DNA from: Octopus bimaculoides
Lineage: Eukaryota
Direction of reading: 5' to 3'
Length of the DNA: 54,603 bases
Assembly: GCF_001194135.2 (NCBI RefSeq)
Contig: NC_068981.1
Coordinates: forward strand, 93,362,443-93,417,045
In this document: positions 23,631 to 36,392 of the stretch, piece by piece
How positions within the stretch are numbered: the stretch's first letter is position 1
Layout: each line of letters opens with the position of its first letter
The notes under the pieces: model-generated
The model's database searches: none
What the model saw: only the letters and a program-made list of their open reading frames with translations
What the model was told of the DNA's origin: nothing
Translations under genes and position numbers: made by a program

Positions 23631-23698
23631 ATTAAAAATTTTATTAAAACTATGTAAAGTGTGTGTATTTTCCATTTTTTATTTTTTAAATTTCTTTA

Positions 23699-23729
<31 letters not shown>

Positions 23730-24861
23730 ATATATTATATATATATATATATATATGTGCATGTGTGTGTGTGTGTGTGTGTGTGTACTGCACATAAATC
23801 CATGTAAACAAACGCCTACATCTGTATATATGCCTATAAACTTAAAAGAGGAAGGATCAATACAACAATATATTAGTTGTTACAATGGTTTCTATACCAG
23901 AATTTTTTTCTCTCCACATTCCTCGTTAAGGCTTCCGTGTGAATATAACGGAGTGGCACTTCATTAGATAAAGATTATGCCCCGCCTCGTTGCATGATGT
24001 GTAAAATATATATTTTGTGTTGCTTCTACAATGAATACAAAAGTAACAACGATGAAAAGGATAAAAATAATAATCATTATAAAAACACTGATGACAATAC
24101 CATTTATCTGCGTGTTTGTAAAAAACGTTAGTTCTATTCACATAATAAAATATATGTGTGGTTTTCATAGTTAGTGTTTATAAATGATCCAGCTGAGACA
24201 GAACAGTATTTCTTGATATCCACATTAGAACATAAATATTTGAAGCTTACATATATTCGCGCTCGCGTTATGTGTGTAGATATGTCAGTGTGCTTGTACA
24301 TGTGAGTACGTATGTATGTATGTATGTATGTATGTATGTATGGAAGATGGACGTGCTTAATATATTCATAAAAGATATGAAATGTACTATACTGTTTTAC
24401 TTTCCCTCCTTATAGACTAAACGTGTTTTGTTTGAGACAGCTGAAGACTAATACTTGACTTCTTTTCTTCTATATAATCCAGCTTATTTTTTATTATATT
24501 TACTATGTTTAACCGTATTTTAAACAACAGAAATGAAATAATAGATGCTATAATCTGAGATATGACATCCATAGACAGTCTTTAGTGAAAGAAGTAATAT
24601 CAAAAGAAATGAGAAACTAATCCCAATTATGCAGACGAATGTATCTTCTGACATATATCAAATTTAATACTCCTCTGTACATGTCACAAAACAGGCATAT
24701 TATCAACAGAATAACCAATTGCTTTTTCAAAGTTTCTTGCAGTTAAAAGTCTCCTTCAAAGTGTGCCTTTTGTCCGACGAGATATTTTTCCTTCATATAT
24801 TCTCTATTTCTGGCTTCTTATTAGTAATTTCTCTTTGAAGTAAACTAATTTATGTATTCAC

Positions 24862-25015
24862 CTGCACCCTTGCTTTTTCTGAAAACGTTCTTTTCCTTGT
24901 GTCGTTAGAAGAATAATCTATAACTTCAATAACAAAACTGGCAAAATCTGATAACCTTTGTTCGATAAGAACTTTTAGAATTATTGATAAAAGCCAGTCT
25001 TGCATGTTTTTATAT
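24862..25015 (-). other. Candidate exon of an unidentified gene or pseudogene
   Basis: TTTCTCTTTATAG acceptor, CAG/GTGAAT donor, open 51-codon frame YKNMQDWLLSIILKVLIEQRL...KARVQ, phase-compatible with 25267-25346. No recognised homology. Confidence 0.3.
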
Positions 25016-25266
25016 CTATAAAGAGAAATCTACAATGGAAACTAAATTTATAGCTCTGACGCACTGGTAGCAGTCAGTAAAGCAGAGCAATATATATAGA
25101 AAGTGTTAATTTCGATCATGGAGAAGGTCACTTGATTTACCAAGTAATTTCTGAAGTAAAGTGAAAAATAATGGTATTTTATAAATGTTTTCGGTCTTTT
25201 CCATCAACATATTTGGCTCCTCTTCACAACAGCAACATCAAAGTACCTGTAACAAGCAGTGCTTAC

Positions 25267-25346
25267 GTTTTAGAATTTCTATTCCGTATTTCATAAACAG
25301 AAATCGTATAAAAAGATACAGCGGTGTTTAATGTATGTATATTATT
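25267..25346 (-). other. Candidate exon
   Basis: AC/GTAAGC donor, open frame NNIHTLNTAVSFYTISVYEIRNRNSK, weak acceptor. Confidence 0.22.
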
Positions 25347-26809
25347 CTGGTGCTAGAACTATTCCAAATTGAAAACATTTTATACAAGAATGAATAAAGC
25401 GAAGACCATCCTGTCATTACCATTGAATTAATGATATTTTCCTAAGCAAAATCACGTAAAACTGTCGCCTAAATATCGGTGTTTTCTTGAAAAAATGCTA
25501 CCAAGCAAATAATTGAAAAGTAGAAATAGTATTACTTTGATGGTCATATATATGAAGTGTACAATGTTTTCTACTATTTTTGTTTAAATCATTTCTTTTC
25601 TTTTCCTTTTCCCAAGAGCCTTTTCGATGTAGACTTGATTTTAAGAAACTATTGATTCCAGTGATATTTGACTTTTTCTTGTTAATTCCTATCTCGGATA
25701 GCTGGAGTTGTCTGTCTTGTCAAGGCCCATGTGTTGAATTTGTGTAACTAAACATCATTCTGCTTCCAGCAGCAATGTGTAAAGGTTACATATTGATGGA
25801 AATAAAATCAATCTACAACATAATCAATGCCTTCTGTACATTTTAAACATTTTATGAGGAATTCTATTGAAACGAAATAAATTCCGGAGGGAGCCGCGTA
25901 GTAAGGTGTTTCATCAAATAATTGATAAAATGTGTTTAATTTAGTTTTAACATCTCAAGCTACATTTTCCGTATAGGATATTCCTGAGATTTTCCATCAA
26001 AATGTCATAAAAAATCTTTTACTGAAGTATTGATCTCAAATTTCTAAAGTATGTTACCAAGCAGTAATTAGTATCATTATATCATGTGTCAACGATGTGC
26101 TAATGTGAGAGCCACAGCTGACCACGAATGTGTGATATCGATCTGCAAACCGAATTAAATCTGTTTTGTGTTCTGTAGATCTCCCGTACTCTTTGTCAGT
26201 ATGTAACTTACATATTTCAATAGGCTAATCTTCTTTCATATAGAAACGGACCAGGAGGAGCAATAGGTTACTGCTGTAGGAGACAAACTCTGCGTGCAGC
26301 TGATAACTATTTTATTAACATGTCACGCTAAATACTGTCTTGAGCAAAAAACTCCGACATACTCACTGAAATGTAGGATAAATTCTAACACATGGCAACC
26401 ATATTATCTCGTAAATTCGGTAATACAGACTGGCACTAAAAAGCAAAAATCTATAGAAGAATGTCCTGAAGGTATTAGTTCTAGAGATCTCCATCACTAT
26501 TTATTTATATAATTTATATTGGAATTTGTAAACCACAGAGTTGCTGGTTACAAGATTAAAACATCACTCAAATGATCACTGACTACAGGAGTTGGATTGA
26601 ACTAGAGGTAATTTTATGGCATTCGCTCAAGACCACACATTTTTAGTCTGTTTACAACATACTACAACTTTAAGGATACATACAATCGCACACGTCTTTG
26701 TGTACGTGTATAACATAATATAGATACATACACGCACACACACAATCACGAACGCATTTGCACTCACACGCATGTACATACACACACGCGCGCATACACA
26801 CATAGATCT

Positions 26810-26968
26810 TTTATCTTTAACTTGTTTCAATCATTGGACTACAGTCATGCTGGGATTTTTAGTCGCACGATTCGATCCCGGTAGATCTTAAAACCTGGTA
26901 CCAACAACGATAGTCAGGTGCTCGGTGGACAGACACAAATACAAAGACGCACACATACACCCATATAT
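26810..26968 (-). mobile_element. Family-2 SINE 3' half, internally deleted, running into gap
   Basis: Reverse-complement similarity to TGTGTCTGTGTTTGTCC and to the GACTG AAACAAG tail. Confidence 0.6.
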
Positions 26969-27631
26969 NNNNNNNNNNNNNNNNNNNNNNNNNNNNNNNN
27001 NNNNNNNNNNNNNNNNNNNNNNNNNNNNNNNNNNNNNNNNNNNNNNNNNNNNNNNNNNNNNNNNNNNNNNNNNNNNNNNNNNNNNNNNNNNNNNNNNNNN
27101 NNNNNNNNNNNNNNNNNNNNNNNNNNNNNNNNNNNNNNNNNNNNNNNNNNNNNNNNNNNNNNNNNNNNNNNNNNNNNNNNNNNNNNNNNNNNNNNNNNNN
27201 NNNNNNNNNNNNNNNNNNNNNNNNNNNNNNNNNNNNNNNNNNNNNNNNNNNNNNNNNNNNNNNNNNNNNNNNNNNNNNNNNNNNNNNNNNNNNNNNNNNN
27301 NNNNNNNNNNNNNNNNNNNNNNNNNNNNNNNNNNNNNNNNNNNNNNNNNNNNNNNNNNNNNNNNNNNNNNNNNNNNNNNNNNNNNNNNNNNNNNNNNNNN
27401 NNNNNNNNNNNNNNNNNNNNNNNNNNNNNNNNNNNNNNNNNNNNNNNNNNNNNNNNNNNNNNNNNNNNNNNNNNNNNNNNNNNNNNNNNNNNNNNNNNNN
27501 NNNNNNNNNNNNNNNNNNNNNNNNNNNNNNNNNNNNNNNNNNNNNNNNNNNNNNNNNNNNNNNNNNNNNNNNNNNNNNNNNNNNNNNNNNNNNNNNNNNN
27601 NNNNNNNNNNNNNNNNNNNNNNNNNNNNNNN

Positions 27632-27684
<53 letters not shown>

Positions 27685-27754
27685 CATACATACATATATA
27701 TATATACATATATATATATGCGCAAATATATATATATACACATACATAATATTG

Positions 27755-28040
27755 GCCTTCATCATTACATCGGTCGAGTAAGCGTTGACAATCTCTACAC
27801 GATTACAGTGATGTGCTTCGGTAAACACTCTTAGCACTTGCCACGTGGATACTTTACGAAAGTCGTGGGTGATCTTGTATGCAGAATCATGAGTAATTTA
27901 CAGAGAAAGTGCCACGTCATCGATGCTCTGTCATCGGTTCCTCAGATCCATCTTTCTTTCGAGTTTGTTGATTTTTTCACGGCAATGGTGTGGGCTGATT
28001 GGCATCCTTATCGAGTATTCTTTCCGTTCAGCTAAACTTT
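27755..28040 (-). mobile_element. Mariner transposase fragment (second HTH and WVP-region)
   Basis: REKINKLE...LRNR*QSIDDVALSL*ITHDSAYKI.HD.FRKVSTWQVLRVFTEAH..NRVE, resembling dRR.ti.diA..l.IS.GS...KV..RWVP..Lt..hk..Rv. Confidence 0.7.
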
Positions 28041-30328
28041 TCTTTATTAGTTGTTGATAACTATCCTCTACATCACCAATCTAAACATTCGAAGGCAATA
28101 TTCTTACGCTAAAAATTATATAAGCAAATTGCTTCATAGTTGCATTTAAAAAGTTGTATTTCCATTTGCTGTCTGTCACGTTGATTCCCTCAATTCATGT
28201 ACTATGTCGTTTATGATCTAATTTCTACATATTTCACTCGCACCAGGTGGTGAATGCTAATTCTTTTACGGTAGCTTTTCTTTGATTTTTTATTCTAACA
28301 AAATCAGCCATACCATTTGTTAAGTTACCAGCACCAAGAGGATGGACGCATTTAAATAAGCTTTTTTTCTGCGGTTTCGAGGGACTAGTGTTTTTGAGGA
28401 GCTTAAGTTGATATTTATTTATTTGTTGCTGTTTGTTCCTTCGACATATATCCTGATATCCTAATAGCTGTTTTATTAGGGGGGGGGGGGTCCGCCAGTC
28501 TCTCATCTAAAATACAAGGCAATTAATATCCATTGCCAAAATATGCATATCGTTAATTTTCATTAGCCCGCCTTATAAATATATGGTATTTCTCGAATTA
28601 GAAATCATGATTAAAATGTTAACTGCTGTAAAGTTTCGTAAGTTTATTTCACACTATATCGTACATACACCCAATATTTAAGTATAGATCATTGCTAAAA
28701 ACTAGGTGAGCATTCTAGATTTCAAGATTGTTTAGTTGAATGTTACAGAGAAGATTAAACTCTTCCCTAGCTGAGCTGCAAATAATATTCATTTTAAAAC
28801 TCTCTAGCAACATCTCTACCACCGATACATTTAACAAGTAGATAGCTTTCTATGAGATTAAAGAGATAATTGACACTCTGTCACGTATCTTCAATGAAGA
28901 CATGGATAGATAGTCAGATCATTAACGACGTAAATGTTGGCAACAGGTGATACTCATTAATGTTTTGCTATATTTGTGTCATATATATTTTTATTTGACA
29001 AAGTACACATAACCATAAAGTTTACATCAGATGTTTTAACATGGCTTTCTGTTGAAAACGTAGGTGAATATATTTGCGAAGCTTGTCACTAAAATTGATA
29101 ATAAATTTAATAACAAATAATTTCGTATTCCTTTTCCTTTTGATTTACGTAGGTTTACAAAAATGCTTTTTATTTGTTTGTTTGTTTTATTTTTCATTTT
29201 GCAAGTTATGTTTTCTGCTTGTTTCTGAATTCTGTATCTTAAAAAGAATGAGACGTACATACAAATAAGGTTAACGTTATTATTGACTGCGAAAGATTTC
29301 TTTTATTTTTTTCTGAATCTGAAGCTGTCAGTTTATATCTCTAAGTATTGAATCTTCTGTGAACAAAATACCTTATGTTTGTTGTTTAGATGCCATAGAA
29401 TATTTTAACGTTAATACTTGTGAAATGAAATGCCTAAAAGTGAGTAGAGTAGTGAAATAAGATTATAGACGTAATGTGTCAGTGTAAATCAAAAATCACA
29501 TTAAAAGCATACAGAAGTTAATTAAATAACAATTTGTGATTGGACCACTAATGCTAAATTAAAATTCTTTATAATAATGTGATCAACATATTGTTGAAAA
29601 AAATAAATAATTAAGGGTTATTTCGTACAAGCATGTCATCGTCGATAAACTGAGAACTGTGATGAAGATGAAAATTTATTTTTTCATCGACGAATTTAGA
29701 TGTTGTCAAGGAACTTGGTTAATTATATCAATGAGCAAGGAAAAATTATATTTTAAAAGATAAAAATAGAATTTAACGTATTTACTCACAGGCATTTGTA
29801 TGCAATTAATACTCAACTTCACAGACTAATAAAACTCAATATGCTTCATCTCACAGTACTTGGATTTTGTAGCCTGAACTAAGCCATGTCCAAAGTATGG
29901 ATTTCAGCAAAGGAACTTTCACCTGATTATATATGAGGAAGGAAAAATAACCCGGAAACCTGGTTCTATAGGTTAGAAGTGCATCCTAGAGAGATTTTAT
30001 CTTATGTTCACTCTATGTATGACTAATAAGTTTATGTGTAATTAAAGAAAATAAATGGCACCTTTACATCTTTAAATGCATACATATAATTAAACGTATG
30101 TACATGTGTATGACTATATGAATGCAAGCATGTAGGGATGTCTATTATGAAGCACATGTCCCATTATAGTAATAATCCTCTGGAAGCATTACTATGGCAA
30201 AACGCATGCTCTTTCATCAAGAACTAATTTTATATTTGTTAATATTATCATTCTTTCCAGCCGCAAAACTATCTGGACAGAGGTTGATATTAGCTCCAAA
30301 AACTTCTTTTTTTTTCACAGACACATAC

Positions 30329-30492
30329 CTCTCAAAAAGAAGATATTAAACTTCTTAAAATGGCATAGACAAGAGGGATTATTCCTGCATCGACTGGGAA
30401 GCTTTCTTTTATTCCAGCAGGCTATGAAAGCAACCAGGTTCTCATCCAGGTATATTTTGTCATATATATGGTGTATGGGAAAATGCTTCCTT
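30329..30492 (-). other. Candidate exon
   Basis: TTTAG acceptor, AG/GTATGT donor, open 54-codon frame RKHFPIHHIY...NIFFLR; no recognised homology. Confidence 0.2.
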
Positions 30493-31224
30493 CTAAATTT
30501 TAGGTAAATTTGATATTAGAGAGAGAATTATGCCATATATTTTGTTTACTACGTTTATATTTATGACTTCCGCGGAGCAAAATTTTTCTTGAAATGAGTG
30601 TGAGATGCACAATTCTATGAATTAGCAAACTTCAGCAATATCCTACGATGTTCTAGCTGATATGAATAGAAATCACGATCACAAGGTCTTACAGATCGAG
30701 AATAATCGTAAAATTTCCAAGATTTCGGAGCGTGTATGATATCTTTGACCGAATCACTAATTTGAATAAAAGCTCTAATGGATTGTAAAGGATGTTTTAG
30801 AGATAAAATTATATACGAATAGAAATCTACTAAATCGAATTGCGTAAATTTACAAAATTATTTGTCTATATTAATGACGTATATGATGACAGATAAACAG
30901 CATTTTAAAACAGAAGAGAAGAAACCTGTTTAATGCAAAAAACGATGGAACTTTCAATATATGTATCTTTCACAGAACTTTCTCCTATACCGTCTATGTC
31001 TTTTGATTCTGGATTAAGAAATGGAATGTGCTAGAGTTGGTTACATTATAGGGGTATTAGTGATATTGCTTGAAATATGTCTATAGTATGTATAGCACTC
31101 ATTTTTGTACTTATTTTGTATTCTCTATAGAAAATGTGAGTTTGGGTCTTTTCAATTTTGTGCAATCTTTAATTTTGCTTTGTTTTGGTTGATATTTTAC
31201 AGCTTATACTTTACATATTAAGAA

Positions 31225-31415
31225 CCTTTTCTACTCTAGGCACAAGAGGGAGGGGGTCAGTTGATTACACCGACCCTAGTATGCAACTGGTACTCAATTT
31301 ATCGACTCCGAAAAAATGAAAGGCAAAGTCGACCTCGGCGGAATTTGAGCTCCGAACACAAAGACAGACGAAATACCGCTAAGCATTTCGCCCGGCGTGC
31401 TAACGTGTTTGCCAA
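31225..31415 (-). mobile_element. Family-1 SINE
   Basis: Reverse complement of CACGTTAGCACGCCGGGCGAAATGCTTAGCGGTATTTCG...GTCGACTTTGCCTTTCAT. Confidence 0.92.
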
Positions 31416-31932
31416 GCCTTTTACATCTTAAGAATGCCTTATTCAAAGAGTTCCAGTGAATTGCTATTTATAAAGGAATAAAAATAAACAAAAACTGATC
31501 TTCAATCACCAAATATTAATATGGCTTTCAATGTTTCTAGACCATCGTATATTTCCAAAGTATTCATGTGTGCCTAATATTTATTCTTTTCCATCTTAAT
31601 TAAGTAACCATTCTAGGGTTTCGATGTAAACAGATGCTGTTTCAGACTCCAATTTACAGCTATAAATATAAGTATATTCGCGCACGCACACACACATACA
31701 CACATACACACACACACACATAGATACACACGCACATACTCACATGCACTCACACACATAGACACACTCGTTCACTCCCTCACATACCAACATACACCCA
31801 CTCAGAAATATTCACGCATACATATATAACTCTATATTTACATATATATATGTATGTATGCGTGCGTGTGTGTATCTATCTATCTTTATATATATATATA
31901 TGTGTGTGTATATTTCTTTGTTTCTCTTTCTT

Positions 31933-31935
<3 letters not shown>

Positions 31936-31993
<58 letters not shown>
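31936..31993. repeat. (CT)n microsatellite
   Basis: Direct inspection. Confidence 0.95.
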
Positions 31994-31997
<4 letters not shown>

Positions 31998-33485
31998 TCA
32001 CCACTGCATCTAGGAATGTCATTGAATAGTGAGAAAGCGGGGTCTAAGTGTGACACATAGGAATTAGTTTTCGCATTTATTATATTATTTTATATTACAT
32101 ATATATATAAAGAAGGAGAGAGAAGCAATTGTGCGGATGAACAAATTGGGTTTCATGCACAATATAAGATCATCAGGTAATGAATATTTAAGTATAAATA
32201 TGTATATATTTATATTAATAGATGCAACTTACTCGGAGAACAACCGATAAAATTAGAGAAGAATATGTAAGGTGCCCAACAGCTGTTTCAGGACCTCTGA
32301 GACCCATCGTAATGTCGGCAGATGCAGTTCAGAAAAATATGCAGCCCGTAATAGAAGCAAATAATCATTGGAGGAATCGAGCCTCCGTCATCAGGCTAGA
32401 AAATAATCTTACATTTCAGATCATGGTACAGAGAATTTTAAAGGTGGAATCATTTCACCTTTAGATTTCTCTGCATCTTATTTACACACGCACATATATA
32501 TATAAGTCGAATTTAAGGTTAAAGAACTAAGGTTTAGAAAGTAGGCGTTAAACTCAGTCACCACTTATGTATACTAGGCATCCTCAGTGATACTTTGCAT
32601 TCATCGTTGGAGCTACATCCAAACATTCCAGGGTGCTCGTAAGGTATATTCTAAAGATTAATAAAGACGGAGTGTAACAAAAAAACATTCTAGATCTCAT
32701 GTGTGTGTGCGTGTGTGCGTGTCTGTGTATGTGTGCCTGTGTGAGTGTGTGTGTGTGTGCATCCAACAAACCTATATTATGGTTTTATCACGTAATTTTG
32801 TTTAAAATTTCACCCATACATTGTTAGTCACTGTTTGTGTCTGTTTTCTCGTACGTCTTAAACTTGTGTTTTTTTACCGTTTTAACTTTTTTGTTTTTTT
32901 TCTTAAAGTCTTCTATTTGTAATTATTCAAGTAAAACAATGCGTAATGTTTTCCTTTATTCATGAGACACTTCTTTTTAACATTGACGGAATTTTTATTA
33001 CTGAATATTGACAAAGGCAAAATATTAACATACCATTTCAATCAGATATTGGGCAATATTGATATCGTGATATTATTATAATGATTATTATAATAATCAA
33101 TAATGATTATTAGTAGTTTTCAAATTATTTAGATTTCCATTATGTTTCTGGTAAGAATAAACTATATTCTTGGTTGCTAATCTTTTAAAAGATATTTACG
33201 GTTGACGTAATGGCTGCATTTGTCGTCGTAGACGAGCCTCATGGTCGCTATAAAATTGAAACGTGATGGAACACATACAACGTTCTCACGAGGCGAGTCA
33301 TTGATGGCCTACATGAGGTATATATGTTTATAACGTAAAATTCCGATGAATCATATTAGCAACTGTAATTGGATTCTCATTTGAAGAAATTTCAGTTGCA
33401 TTAAGGTTTTAAAACTCGTTGAAAATTGTATATTCACTTATATAAAAACGCATGGATGTATACACAAATATACATTACATATAAA

Positions 33486-33685
33486 TTTGACTGCGGCCAT
33501 TCTGGAGCACCGCCTTTAGTCCAACAAATCCTCTCCAGGATTTATTCTTTATAAGCTTAGTACTTATTTTGTCAGTCCTTTTTTGCGAACTACTAAGTTA
33601 CGGTAACGTAAACAGACCAACATCTGTTGTCGAGCGATGGTGAGTGGGAAAACACAGACATACAAACATATATGTATACATATAC

Positions 33686-33746
<61 letters not shown>

Positions 33747-33935
33747 TGTGTATGTATATATATATATAAACACGACGGGCTACTCTCAATTTCTGCCTAC
33801 CAAATCCACTCACAAGGCCTTGGTCGACCCGAAGCTATAGTAGAAGACACTTTCCCAAGGTGACCCCAGTAGGACTGAACCCGGAGCCATGTGGTTGGTA
33901 AGTAAGCCACTTGCCACACAACAACTTATGCGCCT
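33486..33935 (-). mobile_element. Full-length family-2 SINE with tRNA-like head and internal (CTAT)n
   Basis: Head AGGCGCA...GTGGC...CCGGGTTCAGTCC; body matches 8400-8726; (ATAG)n at about 33686-33745. Confidence 0.9.
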
Positions 33936-33939
33936 ATAT

Positions 33940-34296
33940 ATACAATTTGTACCGGATGTTTGCAGGATTTTGAATTTTTTTAAACATTTTTTTTTTAATT
34001 GTCAGACTATACGGACATAGATATGCCCAAATGCATCAATAGCTTAACATTGATATTTTTTCACCGTTGTTACAATCATCTGAAATGGAACTGTCATGGC
34101 GTAATAATTGAACAATTTTGCTCTTCAACTTCAAACAAGGGCGTAAAGCAACTGAAAATACTCGCGATACCAACGAAACCTTTGATGAGGAAATGACCTG
34201 TGAGTGGTCAGCTCGAAAATGGTTTAAACGATTTCGCAGTGGAGACATGAGCCTTGAAGATCGTGAGCGTAGTGGACGCCTATCTGTCAGCGATGA
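33940..34296 (+). mobile_element. Mariner 5' fragment (first HTH)
   Basis: MELSWRNN*TILLFNFKQGRKATENTRD.NETF...SARKWFKRFRSGDMSLEDRERSGR from ATG 34085; left boundary uncertain. Confidence 0.88.
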
Positions 34297-34852
34297 CAGT
34301 CAATTTCTACACGCTAGGAGATAGTCAAAACGACCGAAAATCACAAAAATATTTAAACATTTCAAAGGGAAAGAAAAAAAACTTTTGCTTTATTTTAACG
34401 GTTAGACCTATAGGTTTCGAATTTTTTTAGTAAATAAAAGAATTTACTAGGCAAATTCTCTTCAGTAACCAGCCGTCAAAGATTAATGTATAACTATGAG
34501 ACAAAACACACGTGTCTCCTAGATTATATGTTATAATGTTTTCAAAATCCACTGCTCAGGCGCAGTTTCAGTCGGCAGAAAATGAAAAATGACGAAACGA
34601 ACTTTGAAATGCTATCAAATACTTGAGTATATATAAAGGGTTGCAAATCTTTACAAATTTTACTACCAGTGGCCTAGCATGTATAAACAAGTCAATAGAC
34701 AACATATTCAATATAAAATACAAGAGAAATTACCTATAACAGGCAATTTCTACACCCTAGAAGACGGAAACGACCGAAAACCACAAACAATTTTAACATT
34801 TCTTTCCCTTTGAAATGTTAAAATTTTTTGTGACTTTTCGTCGTTTTGACTG
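34297..34852. mobile_element. MITE-like non-coding element with direct and inverted terminal copies
   Basis: 34324-34377 is the reverse complement of 34798-34850; 34297-34362 repeats directly at 34740-34803. Confidence 0.55.
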
Positions 34853-34875
34853 TATGTATGTATGTGGTGTTAGTA

Positions 34876-34907
<32 letters not shown>

Positions 34908-35610
34908 CATGTAAATCACAATGTACTGCGTACTATTACCTCCTAAAGATGGAGAACGCAAAATGTTTGTAAAGATTTATTATGTGCATTATAACCTCCA
35001 ATATCTGACAATGACCAGTGTTTAGCGACCTTCGCATGAACAAGGCGTAAATCATTAATTCTGGAAGCGGCTGGTTTTAGTATCATCCCTTCCCAGCTGT
35101 GTATACTGCACAACGAAGTGAGATTTTAATGAGAATCTATTTTGCATTTGTATACGTTTATGAGTTAATGAATATATGTGTGGTTAAATAATGTGTGCTT
35201 ATTTTTAATAACAGATAATTTAGTCATTAAATGTATAGTTGTGAATGAAAGTGGTCCATACTGCAATATGATAATTTGACAAGAAAAATGGATGAGAAAA
35301 AATAAGTACTGGACATAAATTTAAGTGCCGGCAAAAATATTTTTCATTTGTATGTAAATCAGGCTCGAAGAGGGGTGAGTGTATTTGCTTTTGTTGTGTG
35401 AGTATATGTGATATTCTAGACAATGTTTTGCATTAGAATTGTTATTTGGTGGGAGGGGTAGCGTGTGATCGTGTTATGGTAGTGGGTTGTAGATTTATTC
35501 ATAAAGATGATTTTCGCTTAGAAAATAAAACACATTGAAACACGATAGGCAAAGAACTCACGATACAAACATACAAAGAAATACATGCACATGCAAAGAC
35601 ACACACACAT

Positions 35611-35695
<85 letters not shown>

Positions 35696-36044
35696 TTTGT
35701 CATATGGGTTCATAAGCATCCAGGCACATCGATGACATAGAGCTCGCATGGAAATAAATATATTTAAGTTCATCAAATGCTGTTAGAATAACGGGGATGT
35801 GCAAGTACCAAATCCAGATCCCACTTAGTACCAAATGCACAAGTACCAAATCATAGATCTTACTAAGGGGTCCATGTCGGTGTTTAATATAAAATATTAC
35901 CTGTTTAATCTTATCTGCTTTAATCTTATCTTCTTTTAATCTTATCTGCTTCATGTTTTACCTGATGATGTTGGATAATATGAGCTAATCTTTTATGACT
36001 ATTAAATAAATAAAATCCTACTGAAACAGTTGTGTTCATTATAT

Positions 36045-36392
36045 ATGTATGGTCTTGAGTTCAGTTCCACTGTGCGGCACCGGCAAGTGATTTCTACTAT
36101 AGCCCCGGAGCTTCCTACTATATTCCCGGGACGACCAAAGCCTTGTGATGAATTTGGTAGAAGGAAACCGAAAGAATGCATGTATATATCTGGGTGCGTG
36201 TTTGTCTTCACCACTAGCACTGCTTAACAACCGGTTTTGTTTTGTTCATATCCCCGTAACATTGCGTTTCTGCAAAGTGAGACCGATATAATAAGTACCA
36301 AATTTTAAAATAATAAGTTCTGGGTCAATTTTTTGGAGGTGGTGCCCCATCATGCCGGCCCCATCAAGACTTAAACAAGTAAAAGATAAAAG
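36045..36392 (+). mobile_element. Old family-2 SINE without expanded internal microsatellite
   Basis: GAGTTCAGTTCC B box, GACCAAAGCCTTGTG..., TAAGTACC, AAACAAGTAAAAG tail. Confidence 0.75.

Larger units (their letters stand above)
22936..23697 (+). mobile_element. 5'-truncated Penelope-like element with inverted pseudo-LTR
   Basis: Inverted arms about 22936-23200 and 23425-23697; spacer encodes the GIY-YIG C-terminus FTVFPLYQC...ERLNKETFFIEKYRTRLN* (23221-23335), related to 47180-47285. Confidence 0.85.

Noticed and set aside
24400-25250. Resemblance to Cys-loop or chemotactile receptor, or to a GPCR C-terminus
   Set aside because: No Cys-loop, FPFD, GEK or NPxxY motif found; similarity was impressionistic.
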